Source: Candidatus Bathyarchaeota archaeon
Lineage (GTDB): Archaea > Thermoproteota > Bathyarchaeia > Bathyarchaeales > Bathycorpusculaceae
Reading direction: 5' to 3'
Length of the DNA: 39,141 nucleotides
Assembly: GCA_963772455.1 (NCBI GenBank)
Contig: CAVYXJ010000023.1
Span: 1 to 39,141 of the forward strand
The notes beneath the pieces are model-generated. The model had not been told where the DNA came from. It searched no databases and was given only the letters and a program-made list of their open reading frames with translations. Positions 1 through 8,778 of this stretch are shown here, one piece after another. Numbering within the stretch: the stretch's first letter is position 1; the number at the start of each line of letters is the position of its first letter. A program made the position numbers and the translations under genes.

Positions 1-1044
1 GTAAAAACCGATCTTAAAGACGCTTTCCAAGCTAAATATCCATGGATTACTGTTAACTTCATTGCTTTAGGAACGGGTGCAGCAATAGCTCAAGCACAAA
101 GAGGTGATGCAGACATGCTCCTGGTTCATTCGCCAGCCCAAGAATTAACTTTCCTAAAAGGCGGCTTTGGCGTTGACCGTAAAATAATTGCTTACAACTT
201 CTTCATCATTGTTGGTCCAACCAACAACCTTGCAGGAATAACAAGCACAGACAGCGTTTCGGACGCACTTGTCAAAATTTACAATGCACCACACACAGGC
301 AGCAATCCAGTTTACTGGTTTTCAAGAAATGATGCGTCAGGTACAAACACAAAAGAAATTTCTTTATGGAACGCCGTTGCAAGCATAACCGGACAAAACT
401 ACACCCAACTGACAAATTCAACTGCGAATCCATGGTTTAAGTCAACAGGAACTGGAATGGGGCAAACATTACTTGCAACTAACTACTATGGCAGTTCAGG
501 TGGATATACAATTGCAGATACAGGCACGTTCCTCGCTTACTCAACAAGGGGGGATATTCAGCTGAAAGTGCTAGTTCAAGGACAACAATCATTGCTTAAT
601 GTTTACAGTGCAATAATCGATGATCCACGAAACTCCAATCTTGTAAATACAAATTTTGCCGCCTCTCTACTATTCGTTAATTATCTCGTGTCCACTGAAG
701 GTCAACAATTAATCGGCAACTATGGTGTATCCCTTTACAACCAATCGCTCTTTACACCTTTTGTCCCATTAGCAACTGGAATAGTTTCTGATCCCCAATT
801 ATTAGGCTGGATAAAAAGCTACGCCTATATGAGCTCAGATTCTACTCCAATAATTAGCGCTAGTGGAACTGAGTGCCCTACACAATTTAGATACAACGAA
901 GGATCTCTCTTCTCCGTCACATACATCGCAAACTCCAATGCCAACATTTCGTTCAACGTTCCAAACTACTACATTGCAGACAAGCCAAAAATCACAACTG
1001 CACAAGGAACATTTTCACAAAGCAATAAGTTATACAGTGTTTAG
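1..1044 (+). CDS. tupA: Tungstate/oxyanion ABC transporter substrate-binding protein (TupA-like), 5' truncated by the window edge
   Basis: Frame is open from base 1 (VKTDLKDAFQAKYPWITVNFIALGTGAAIAQAQRGDADMLLVHSP). GTGxAIxxAxRGDADxLLVHSP, YNxFIIVGP, SRNDASGT and YTIADTGTF match TupA-type motifs. Directly upstream of a permease and an ATPase. Confidence 0.85.
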   Translation, partial: VKTDLKDAFQAKYPWITVNFIALGTGAAIAQAQRGDADMLLVHSPAQELTFLKGGFGVDRKIIAYNFFIIVGPTNNLAGITSTDSVSDALVKIYNAPHTGSNPVYWFSRNDASGTNTKEISLWNAVASITGQNYTQLTNSTANPWFKSTGTGMGQTLLATNYYGSSGGYTIADTGTFLAYSTRGDIQLKVLVQGQQSLLNVYSAIIDDPRNSNLVNTNFAASLLFVNYLVSTEGQQLIGNYGVSLYNQSLFTPFVPLATGIVSDPQLLGWIKSYAYMSSDSTPIISASGTECPTQFRYNEGSLFSVTYIANSNANISFNVPNYYIADKPKITTAQGTFSQSNKLYSV

Positions 1045-1091
1045 CTAGGAAAAGCTCAAATTTTAATCCCCTCATTTTCTTTGTGATATGA

Positions 1092-1853
1092 ATGGCCGAT
1101 ATCATCGTTCAGGCTTTCCAGCAAGCAATTAATTTGATTGCAAGCGGAGATCCTGAAGTCTACGCCACAATTTACAGAACAATTTATGTTGCCGGTTTGG
1201 GAACTCTACTATCATGCCTTTGGAGCATTCCCCTTGCAGTTATAATAGGTCTGCACAATTTTAGGGGAAAATGGATAATCAAAGGCATTTTTAATGCTTT
1301 AATCGGTGTACCTACAGTTGCATTAGGGTTACTCTTGTTTTTGCTTTTTTCACGTCAAGGAGAATTCGGATTCTTAAACCTCCTCTACACACTCAATGGA
1401 ATAGCAATTGGACAATCCATACTTGTTACTCCAATAATAGTAAGTTTCACAGCTAACGCCTTGGACAAAGCCGACATCCAATTAAGAGACCTCGCAAAAA
1501 CCCTTGGAGCATCGGGAATTAGAACAAATTTAACTCTTATTCGTGAAACTTTTTGGTCGATGATGCTTTCCATAACTGCATCTTTCAATAGAGGTTTTGG
1601 TGAACTTGGAATAGCAACAATTATTGGCGGCAGTTTAGCGGGCGAAACAAGGGTTTTAACGACTTCCATTGCTCTTGATTTAAACAGGGGATTCTTCGAT
1701 GTTGCAATGGCCTATGGCGTAATTCTTATGGTAATTGTAATCGTTTTAGCTTTAACTGTAAGCCTAATTGAGCGCTTACGAAACGAAGATTTGGGCTGGA
1801 GTAAACTAATGCTATGGAATAGTTTTAGGAGCAAGGTAAAGTTTGAGCGTTAA
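1092..1853 (+). CDS. tupB: ABC transporter permease (TupB-like)
   Basis: Multiple TM segments, GVPTVALGL motif, EAA-like loop (DLAKTLGAS), GELG and RVLTTSIAL motifs; operon context. Confidence 0.85.
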   Translation: MADIIVQAFQQAINLIASGDPEVYATIYRTIYVAGLGTLLSCLWSIPLAVIIGLHNFRGKWIIKGIFNALIGVPTVALGLLLFLLFSRQGEFGFLNLLYTLNGIAIGQSILVTPIIVSFTANALDKADIQLRDLAKTLGASGIRTNLTLIRETFWSMMLSITASFNRGFGELGIATIIGGSLAGETRVLTTSIALDLNRGFFDVAMAYGVILMVIVIVLALTVSLIERLRNEDLGWSKLMLWNSFRSKVKFER

Positions 1854-2559
1854 TCTTCAATTAGTCGATTTGAAAAAAAGTTACCGAACTGTAAAAGCGT
1901 TAAAATCTGTGAATCTTACTTTGAATGGAAACAAGATAATAGTCCTCCTTGGCGTTAACGGTGCAGGAAAAAGCACACTAATGCGTATTCTCGCTGGTTT
2001 AGAAAACGCTGATGATGGAACAATTCTTTTCAACAATCAAAAGACAAATGCGAAAGAACTGCGCCGAGTCTCCACTTTGGTTTTTCAGAAAACAGCAATG
2101 TTCACCATGAATGTTTATAACAATTTGTCATATGGATTAAAAATTAGAAAAGTCCCAAACCAAGAAATTGAAAGGAGAGTACCTGAAGCGTTGGCAGCTG
2201 TTAGGCTTTCTGATTTTGAAAAAAGACGGGCAAAAAAACTTTCTGGCGGAGAACAACAGCGAATTGCTTTGGCACGGGCTTTTCTGCTGGATTCGAATGT
2301 TTTACTACTGGATGAGCCTACGGCGAACTTGGATCCAAACAGTGCCTTAATCATCGAGAAGGCAATTGTGAGTAAAAAAAGTAGTCAAAGAATTATTATA
2401 ATGGCAACTCATAATCTTAATCAGGCCAGACGAATGGCCGATGAAATTGTCCACATTCATAACGGAGAAATAGTTGAGGTTTCAAATCCCGATGATTTCT
2501 TTGAGAAACCTAAAAGTGAAGTAACTCGCAAATTCATAAATGGAGAATTGGATTTCTGA
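1843..2559 (+). CDS. tupC: ABC transporter ATP-binding protein (TupC-like)
   Basis: Walker A GVNGAGKS, signature LSGGE, Walker B LLLDEP, H-loop ATH; overlaps the permease stop. Confidence 0.85.
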   Translation: MSVNLQLVDLKKSYRTVKALKSVNLTLNGNKIIVLLGVNGAGKSTLMRILAGLENADDGTILFNNQKTNAKELRRVSTLVFQKTAMFTMNVYNNLSYGLKIRKVPNQEIERRVPEALAAVRLSDFEKRRAKKLSGGEQQRIALARAFLLDSNVLLLDEPTANLDPNSALIIEKAIVSKKSSQRIIIMATHNLNQARRMADEIVHIHNGEIVEVSNPDDFFEKPKSEVTRKFINGELDF

Positions 2560-2661
2560 AATTAATTTATATGTCGATTAATAGTTTCTACTTTCTTGAT
2601 TTTACCGACATTTTAAAATGGTTGTTATCTTTACACAATATAAAGGTCAAGTTAGTTTTAG

Positions 2662-3090
2662 TTAGGGTGCATGTAGCCAACCGCGTCCACTTTTCTTAGG
2701 TTGCTTACCTTTTGGTTTTTTTGGAGCATATTCTTGGGCGCGTTTGGTTTTTTGGCCTTGATTTTTAGTGATTTCTGTCTTTACAAATTTTCCCCATCCG
2801 CCTTCGCGACGATCTGGTTGAATGTAGCGTTCGGGGTTTTCGACCATGTGTGTTTCAAGGATTTCTTTAAAATTCAGTGGTTTAAAATCCCTTGTGGCAT
2901 GGATGATTGTGCCTCGTTCTACACGTAGAGACTCATAGTTTGCAACTGATATGCCTTCGGCTCGGACTTCGTCATTTACGCGTTCGTTCCAAAGTTGTTT
3001 CCATTGAACTTTGAGTTCTTCAACCAGTTCTTTCTGAGCTTTGGCTTTGTCCTCAGTTGGTTTGTTGGCTGAATCTTCTTTGCCTTGCAA
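2662..3090 (-). CDS. Hypothetical charged cytoplasmic protein
   Basis: 142-aa ORF with protein-like composition and a basic C-terminal tail; no motif recognised. Confidence 0.65.
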   Translation of the reverse strand: MQGKEDSANKPTEDKAKAQKELVEELKVQWKQLWNERVNDEVRAEGISVANYESLRVERGTIIHATRDFKPLNFKEILETHMVENPERYIQPDRREGGWGKFVKTEITKNQGQKTKRAQEYAPKKPKGKQPKKSGRGWLHAP

Positions 3091-3201
3091 GTTGACTTCT
3101 CTTCCATTTTAAATTGTTAATTTATTCTTTGTTAGATTATTTAACTTTATTTAACATCTATACTTAACCTTTGAAATGTTTAGGGTGATGTTTTGGTGTT
3201 G

Positions 3202-3670
3202 TTAAGCGCTGCCGGAAATGACGATGTTGAAGTCGAAATCGGATATGTCGCCTGTGTCAGCAGCTACGTTTAACGTGAGTGTTGCGGGTACAATGGCGCC
3301 TGCTTGGAGTGTTGTGCTTTCTTTATTCCACGTTAAGAATAGGCTTGATGATGGCGGATGGTGGATTCCAATCTTTGGCAGTCATGCTTAGGGTTTCAGT
3401 GATGTTGCCTGTATTTTTGACGTAAATTGTTTTTGTGGCAATGTTGCCCGAGTTCAGTGTACCCCAATCAATATTTGAGCATAATGTTGTGGCTTGCGAG
3501 TCACTGTAGACGCTTATGTTAACTGTGTTGGTTGTTATACTTCCGCCTAGGTGTCCTTGGGCGGGGATGTTTTGTTGGGCGTTTAATATTCCTGCTGTTA
3601 CTACTGAGAGTGCTATTGCTATGAAAACTAGGGCTATGAGTGGGATTATTGCAGCTTTTTTTAGTTGCAT
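3202..3670 (-). pseudogene. Membrane-anchored/secreted beta-rich protein split by a one-base frameshift near 3352 (possible sequencing error)
   Basis: N-terminal hydrophobic helix. After WNPPSA another frame continues SSSLFLTWNKESTTLQAGAIVPATLTLNVAADTGDISDFDFNIVISGSA* to 3202, a natural-looking beta-sandwich C-terminus. Confidence 0.75.
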
Positions 3671-3879
3671 ATCTTTTTCCTAATTTTATTGTGTATAGCG
3701 TCTTAATAAATGCTACACATTTCTGATCAGTACCAAGAAATAATAAAAAAATAAGTCAAGTAACAAGTCCCCAAAAGACGAATTATTTGCATTTTATATA
3801 ATTTCAATTGTTTTAACTATAATGAAAACTAGTTAAAGCGTCTCAAAGAAAATCCTGCATCAAATGTCAAGCATCGATT

Positions 3880-4125
3880 TTAAATTCGCAAATCAGACGA
3901 GTAAATGATTACCTCATCGAGATTTTCTTGCACTGACAAACTATATTTCTTAGCAACTTCCCTAACCCAATATTTATTTGATTCAATAATAGTTCCTTTA
4001 ATGTGGACTTGCAACCCAATTGTGTTTTTGTCAGCTGGGGTTTCAAGAGAGACGGATTCAGGCGATAAGTCATTGCATTTGCTCAGAAGCTCTTTTAGGT
4101 AAATAATTGCCTCTGATCTATCCAA
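3880..4125 (-). CDS. Small hypothetical protein, paralog family copy 1
   Basis: MDRSEAIIYLKELL...; similar to the ORFs at 6471, 15974 and 16406; TATA-like box about 30 nt upstream. Confidence 0.7.
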   Translation of the reverse strand: MDRSEAIIYLKELLSKCNDLSPESVSLETPADKNTIGLQVHIKGTIIESNKYWVREVAKKYSLSVQENLDEVIIYSSDLRI

Positions 4126-4154
4126 TTACATCCCCAATAGCATTTCTTGTCTGT

Positions 4155-4187
4155 TAATATAAAAGGTTTGCACAACCTTTTCTATTA
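4155..4187. promoter_or_regulatory. Inverted repeat overlapping the BRE/TATA region of the 3880-4125 gene
   Basis: taatataaaaggtt-tgcac-aaccttttctatta; 13 of 14 arm positions match. The minus strand reads CAAACCTTTTATAT. Confidence 0.5.
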
Positions 4188-4313
4188 AATTCACTGCATT
4201 ATGTTTCAATCATATGGGAAATATTGTTACGTACGCATCAAAATTTCTATTTTAAGTTAAATTTTGAAGAACAAATACCTGAAATTGATAAATTTATTTT
4301 CATCAACTTAGCG

Positions 4314-4351
4314 GTTGTGACTTCACAATGTAATCACAACATTTTATATTT
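4314..4351 (+). promoter_or_regulatory. TGTGA/TCACA palindromic site followed by a TATA-like box
   Basis: gttgtga(4314-4320)...tcacaac(4334-4340), plus internal ttgtga-ct-tcacaa; ttttatattt at 4342-4351. Confidence 0.4.
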
Positions 4352-4400
4352 TTGAGACGGGTTACCAATTGATTAGCAAATGCAAGGGATAGCCAACAGA

Positions 4401-4493
4401 AGTTGAGCGAATCCGGCTGCGAGACAAGGAATGGCCTTTGCCCACCACTCTTTTAGCCCAACTTGTCTTGCGTATGGCTTGGTTCGCTTAACT
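4401..4493 (+). ncRNA. Candidate structured RNA (long imperfect hairpin)
   Basis: 4401-4413 pairs with 4481-4493, 4415-4418 with 4476-4479 and 4419-4428 with 4462-4471. Five pairs are G-U, which pair only on the + strand. Locally GC-richer than its flanks. Confidence 0.45.
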
Positions 4494-4691
4494 CTTCATT
4501 TTGGATTATTTGAAAAGCAATTTTCAACTATTTTTGTTACGCGTAGATTTCCAATCTTAGAACTTTTAATTAAGTTTGACTAAAAGAAAAAATGTTGATT
4601 TATTCTTTAAACTTTTAAATTTAGATCTCAACACGTTCAGTGGCAACCGCTTGGTTAGACATGTTGATAAGTACGATTGAGATAAGACTTT

Positions 4692-6260
4692 TTGTTTCAG
4701 CCGAAAAAGGAGGTTGCTATATTTCCCAGCATTGAACTTGTTATAGCAGTATTCCTAACCATTTCTTTCTTAGCGGCGCTACTAGCTAATAGGCTTAAGG
4801 TACCCTACACACTAGTTTTGGTTCTAGCAGGTTCCTCGATAGCTATAATTGCTCTCTTATTTGCCTCCCAAGGAGGTTCTGATTTTACTTCTCAATTGAA
4901 GCTAATTTACGCTCAGCTTCTAAGTGGCGGTGGAGGAGGTCTCTTCGTTGGATTGGTAGTTCCACCATTGATATTTGAAGCCATGATTCATCTTCGAGCA
5001 AATGACCTAAAAGTTGTCATCAAACCCTCTTTAGCTTTAGCAACCGTGGGTGTCTTAATTGCTACTGCTGTTGGAGGAATCATCCTGTGGAAGCTGCTGG
5101 GTCTTTCTCCATACGTTTCTTTTCTTTTCGCAGCACTAATTGCCCCCACCGACACAATTACAGTTTTGGAGGTTTTCCGAAGAGTCAAAGTACCCTCAAA
5201 ATTATCAACCTTACTTGATACTGAAGCAGCTTTCAACGATGCGACAGGAATTGTTGTTTTCACAATAGTTCTTTCAACTATTAGTATGGGTTTTCAAGAT
5301 TTTTCTCTCCCTCAAACATTGCTTAGTTTTGGTTTCACTCTTGGTGCAGGTGTCTTTGTCGGGTTAGGTGTAGCATTTCTTGGTGAAGTCCTTTCAAGTT
5401 TGATAAAGGATCGAGTGGCAGAAACTATCTTGGCAATAGCAGTTGTTTATGGCTCGTATGCTTTAGCTTCAGGAATAGGTGCTTCAGGACTAATTGCGGT
5501 TGCTGTAGCTGGGCTATACTTTGGCAACTATACTATGCGTTCTGCAATGGAACCTGTCACAAGAGAAACGATAACTACCTTTTGGGCGATAGCAGCTTTT
5601 CTTGGAAACTCAGTCGCATTTCTACTAATTGGTTTTCAAATAAATATAATCACTCTTTCGCAATCAATTCTTCTCATTATTGCTGCATTCGTCGCCGTTA
5701 CTGTAGCTAGGGCTGCAACAGTGTACCCTATCCTTAGAACTTTTAACAGATTTGGAAATAAAATCTCTGCAGTTTGGTGCAACATCGCTATTCTTGGAGG
5801 AGTAAAAGGCGCCTTGTCCATAGCCCTAGCAGCCACTATTACAACTTCAGCAGCCATTTCTTTAGGAGATATCCAAACAATAAATACAATGGCTTTTGGC
5901 GTAGCATTTATTTCAATTGTGTTTCAGGTGCCTTTGCTTTTTAGATATGTTAGAAGAAAAATGCCTCAAATGGACGTTGCTTCCGATATTGTATTGGATG
6001 AGCAATTTGAATCAATTGCTAAACGTATTGAAGAATTAAAAAAGCTAAAAGCTGAAGGTGAAATTTCCAATGAAGAATTTACGGAATGCATTGAAGAAGG
6101 CAAAAGGAAACTTGATGAGCTTATAGCAAAATCTCCCGTTACAGTTGAAACAAGAAAGATTATTCGTGCGAGAGCCTCTGGACTATATGCTTCTTTCCCA
6201 AAGATTCCCAAACGTAAAATCAATAATAAGCGTAAAGAAAAAAAGGAATCAACAGGATAA
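4692..6260 (+). CDS. CPA1-family (NhaP-like) Na+/H+ antiporter with a cytoplasmic C-terminal tail
   Basis: About 12-13 TMs; PPLIFEA, APTD, EAAFNDATG and GxKGAL CPA1 motifs. Start codon uncertain (a GGAGG lies at 4709-4713, inside the called ORF). Confidence 0.9.
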   Translation: MFQPKKEVAIFPSIELVIAVFLTISFLAALLANRLKVPYTLVLVLAGSSIAIIALLFASQGGSDFTSQLKLIYAQLLSGGGGGLFVGLVVPPLIFEAMIHLRANDLKVVIKPSLALATVGVLIATAVGGIILWKLLGLSPYVSFLFAALIAPTDTITVLEVFRRVKVPSKLSTLLDTEAAFNDATGIVVFTIVLSTISMGFQDFSLPQTLLSFGFTLGAGVFVGLGVAFLGEVLSSLIKDRVAETILAIAVVYGSYALASGIGASGLIAVAVAGLYFGNYTMRSAMEPVTRETITTFWAIAAFLGNSVAFLLIGFQINIITLSQSILLIIAAFVAVTVARAATVYPILRTFNRFGNKISAVWCNIAILGGVKGALSIALAATITTSAAISLGDIQTINTMAFGVAFISIVFQVPLLFRYVRRKMPQMDVASDIVLDEQFESIAKRIEELKKLKAEGEISNEEFTECIEEGKRKLDELIAKSPVTVETRKIIRARASGLYASFPKIPKRKINNKRKEKKESTG

Positions 6261-6470
6261 TAATAATTTTTTTACTAACTTAAAGTCCAATAAAATATTC
6301 TAAAAGTTACTATACTTATTGTAACCTGAGGGTTATTATTGATCTCAAACGGCAGGGCTTTCGTAATTTTCAGTGGTTTTCCCGCAGGTATTCTGCAAAG
6401 AATCTTAATTGCATTTTTGGTGGTTTAACAAGCAAGCTTTAAATTGCTTAAGTACGCACAAGAATAACCT

Positions 6471-6704
6471 ATGAATCGCCAGGAAACAGTCTCCTTGCTA
6501 AAGGAAATGATAGCTGTTTGCGGGTCATTTTACGATGCTCGAGCCGTATCTGTTCAAAATGGTGGGAACAGTGATAGTTGGGAACTTCATGTATATTGGG
6601 TTCCTAATCCCTCAGAAATCGATTGCTTACAAAAAATACTAGCTGAACACATTTTAGAAATGGTTACTATTAATGGACGCTCTGTATTTCGGTCGAAAAA
6701 ATAA
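6471..6704 (+). CDS. Small hypothetical protein, paralog family copy 2
   Basis: MNRQETVSLLKEMI...; TATA-like tttaaat about 30 nt upstream. Confidence 0.7.
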   Translation: MNRQETVSLLKEMIAVCGSFYDARAVSVQNGGNSDSWELHVYWVPNPSEIDCLQKILAEHILEMVTINGRSVFRSKK

Positions 6705-7093
6705 ATTCAGTTATAACTTTGAAATTTTTCTCGCAGCTCTTGCATGTGTAAGCTTCAATGTTGAAGACCTGATTTTTAAGCGATTTATGGGGTTTCGCCA
6801 CTTCTTCACCACAGCTTGGACAACTAACCATGCAAACTCTCCAAATAAGAAAAAACTAATGATATGTATTTACAAAAGTATTAGATGGTTTGTTGGCACG
6901 TAATTGAAACAACAAACAAAACTGATGGAAATTAAAGTGTAATTGGAGGATTTGTGATTCAAAAAGGGGTTTTTACAGTTCAATTAATTTATTAATTAAC
7001 CTCTAAGATAAAGTGTCAAAGTCACTTGTTCTGCAAAAAGGTAAAATCATTTAAACAGAATTTGATTGGAAAGATAGGTTGGTGCGTTGTTGG

Positions 7094-7315
7094 TTAGTTT
7101 TGCATTATTGTTTGTTCTTCTTGCTTTGGAATAACCATTAACTGTACCAGGTCTTGTTCTGTTTGAATTTTAGTTGTTGGTGTTTGCGGTTTTTTGTGTT
7201 TTGTGTTTCCGATCCAGTATAGGCTCCAGCCAACTATGAAGGTGAAGGCCATTATTGGTGCTAAAAGGAGTATAGTGAGTTTGCTTCGTTTTTTTCTATT
7301 ATGGCGTGTGGTCAT
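7094..7315 (-). CDS. Small single-TM membrane protein
   Basis: Basic N-terminus, one TM ending GWSLYWIG; TATA-like tttatata upstream on the minus strand. Confidence 0.65.
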   Translation of the reverse strand: MTTRHNRKKRSKLTILLLAPIMAFTFIVGWSLYWIGNTKHKKPQTPTTKIQTEQDLVQLMVIPKQEEQTIMQN

Positions 7316-7749
7316 TTCGTCGCCTACTACATCTTGTTACTTAATTCTTAATATATAAATTTTGTTAATTGGCAATGCACTAAACTTCTGTAGAACACAA
7401 ATATTTGCAAAAAAATGACAAATCAAAAATAACAAAATCGAGGTTCAAGCAATTTTTTACGATTAAACTCACAACTTTTACTGGTTCAGTAATAAAAGAC
7501 GCCTTGCCCTCTTACTGGCATAGTACCTCAGTTTTCGATTGTTTAATATTTTCATCAACAAGAAAAAGATTTAGAGATTCTGATGACTGAAAGAAAAAAA
7601 TGATAGCCGTCAGTAATACGCCTAAAACTTCAATTTTCCAATCTCAGTATAATTTCAAAATAAGCAAGTAGGAAGTAATTTTTCGATAGTTATATATGCG
7701 TAATGTCATCCAATTGAAGTGAAGTTTTGGGTTCTGAGGCAAAAATAAC

Positions 7750-8778
7750 ATGGCAGCACTAAAAAAACGAAATTTCATAATCATAACCGTCATTACCTTG
7801 GTTATAGCCATCATTTTAAGCTCATTTGTCTACCTCAATTCCCAAATCCCCTACCAAGGTAACATAGAGACCGTAACAATCGGCGTGTTCCCTTCTGAAT
7901 ATAATTCCTTAATTTATATTGCAAACGACCAACAATACTTCTCAAATAATGGCCTTAAAATAACATTGAAGAACTATCCTTCTGGAGCTGCTGCTGTGAG
8001 AGGGATGTTAAATGGTGAAGTAGACATCGCTACGGCTTCCGAATTTGTCATTGCTAACAATGCACTCCAGAATGCAGATCTCAATGCTTTTGGGAGCCTC
8101 TCACAATACCTTAATTTATATTTGGTTGCAAGAACTGACAAAGGAATTAACAGCATTTCAGATTTAATCGGCAAAAAGATTGGACTATCCATTGGAACTG
8201 GCAATCAATTTTACCTTGGCAGATTCCTCGAACTTAACGGGATAAACCAAAATCAAGTAACACTTGTTAATGTCAATTTTGCAGAAGCACCAAATGCTCT
8301 TTCAAACGGCACAATAGATGCAACAATTACGTTTCAACCATACATAAACCAAATAAAAAGTCTTCTAGGCAACGCAATCTTAGTGTGGCCAGCACAAGCT
8401 GACCAATTCGGTTACTTCGAAGCTATCAGTACAAACACATGGGTAACCACGAATCCTGGTCTAATTGAACGGTTTTTGAAGGCAATTATTCAGGCTCAAA
8501 ACTTTAATATCAACAACCAAAATATGGCAATATCAATCGTGTCAAAGGAACTAAATTATACAACCTCATACACATCCTCGGTTTGGTCTGATTATCGTTA
8601 TTCAGTTACGCTTGACCAATCCTTCATCTTACTCATGCAAGATGAAACCAGATGGCTAATTAACAACAACTTAACTACTGCAACTTCCGTTCCCAACTTT
8701 TTCAATTATGTTTATGTTGATGGGTTAAAATCTGTCAGTCCTGAATCAGTCAACATTATAGGCATGGGAACCCCATGA
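7750..8778 (+). CDS. Solute-binding protein, NitT/TauT/SsuA (NMT1/THI5-like) family, N-terminally anchored
   Basis: N-terminal TM; YIAxxxxYFxxNGL, GEVDIA, DLIGKKIG and GTIDA motifs of this binding-protein class. Confidence 0.85.
   Translation: MAALKKRNFIIITVITLVIAIILSSFVYLNSQIPYQGNIETVTIGVFPSEYNSLIYIANDQQYFSNNGLKITLKNYPSGAAAVRGMLNGEVDIATASEFVIANNALQNADLNAFGSLSQYLNLYLVARTDKGINSISDLIGKKIGLSIGTGNQFYLGRFLELNGINQNQVTLVNVNFAEAPNALSNGTIDATITFQPYINQIKSLLGNAILVWPAQADQFGYFEAISTNTWVTTNPGLIERFLKAIIQAQNFNINNQNMAISIVSKELNYTTSYTSSVWSDYRYSVTLDQSFILLMQDETRWLINNNLTTATSVPNFFNYVYVDGLKSVSPESVNIIGMGTP

Noticed and set aside
4431-4583. 50-codon ORF overlapping the hairpin (possible leader peptide or type I toxin)
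   Set aside because: No clear TM helix or motif; the pairing explains the region better.
6673-7590. ORFs 6673-6903 and 7405-7590
   Set aside because: Atypical composition, no RBS or motif; could not be supported.
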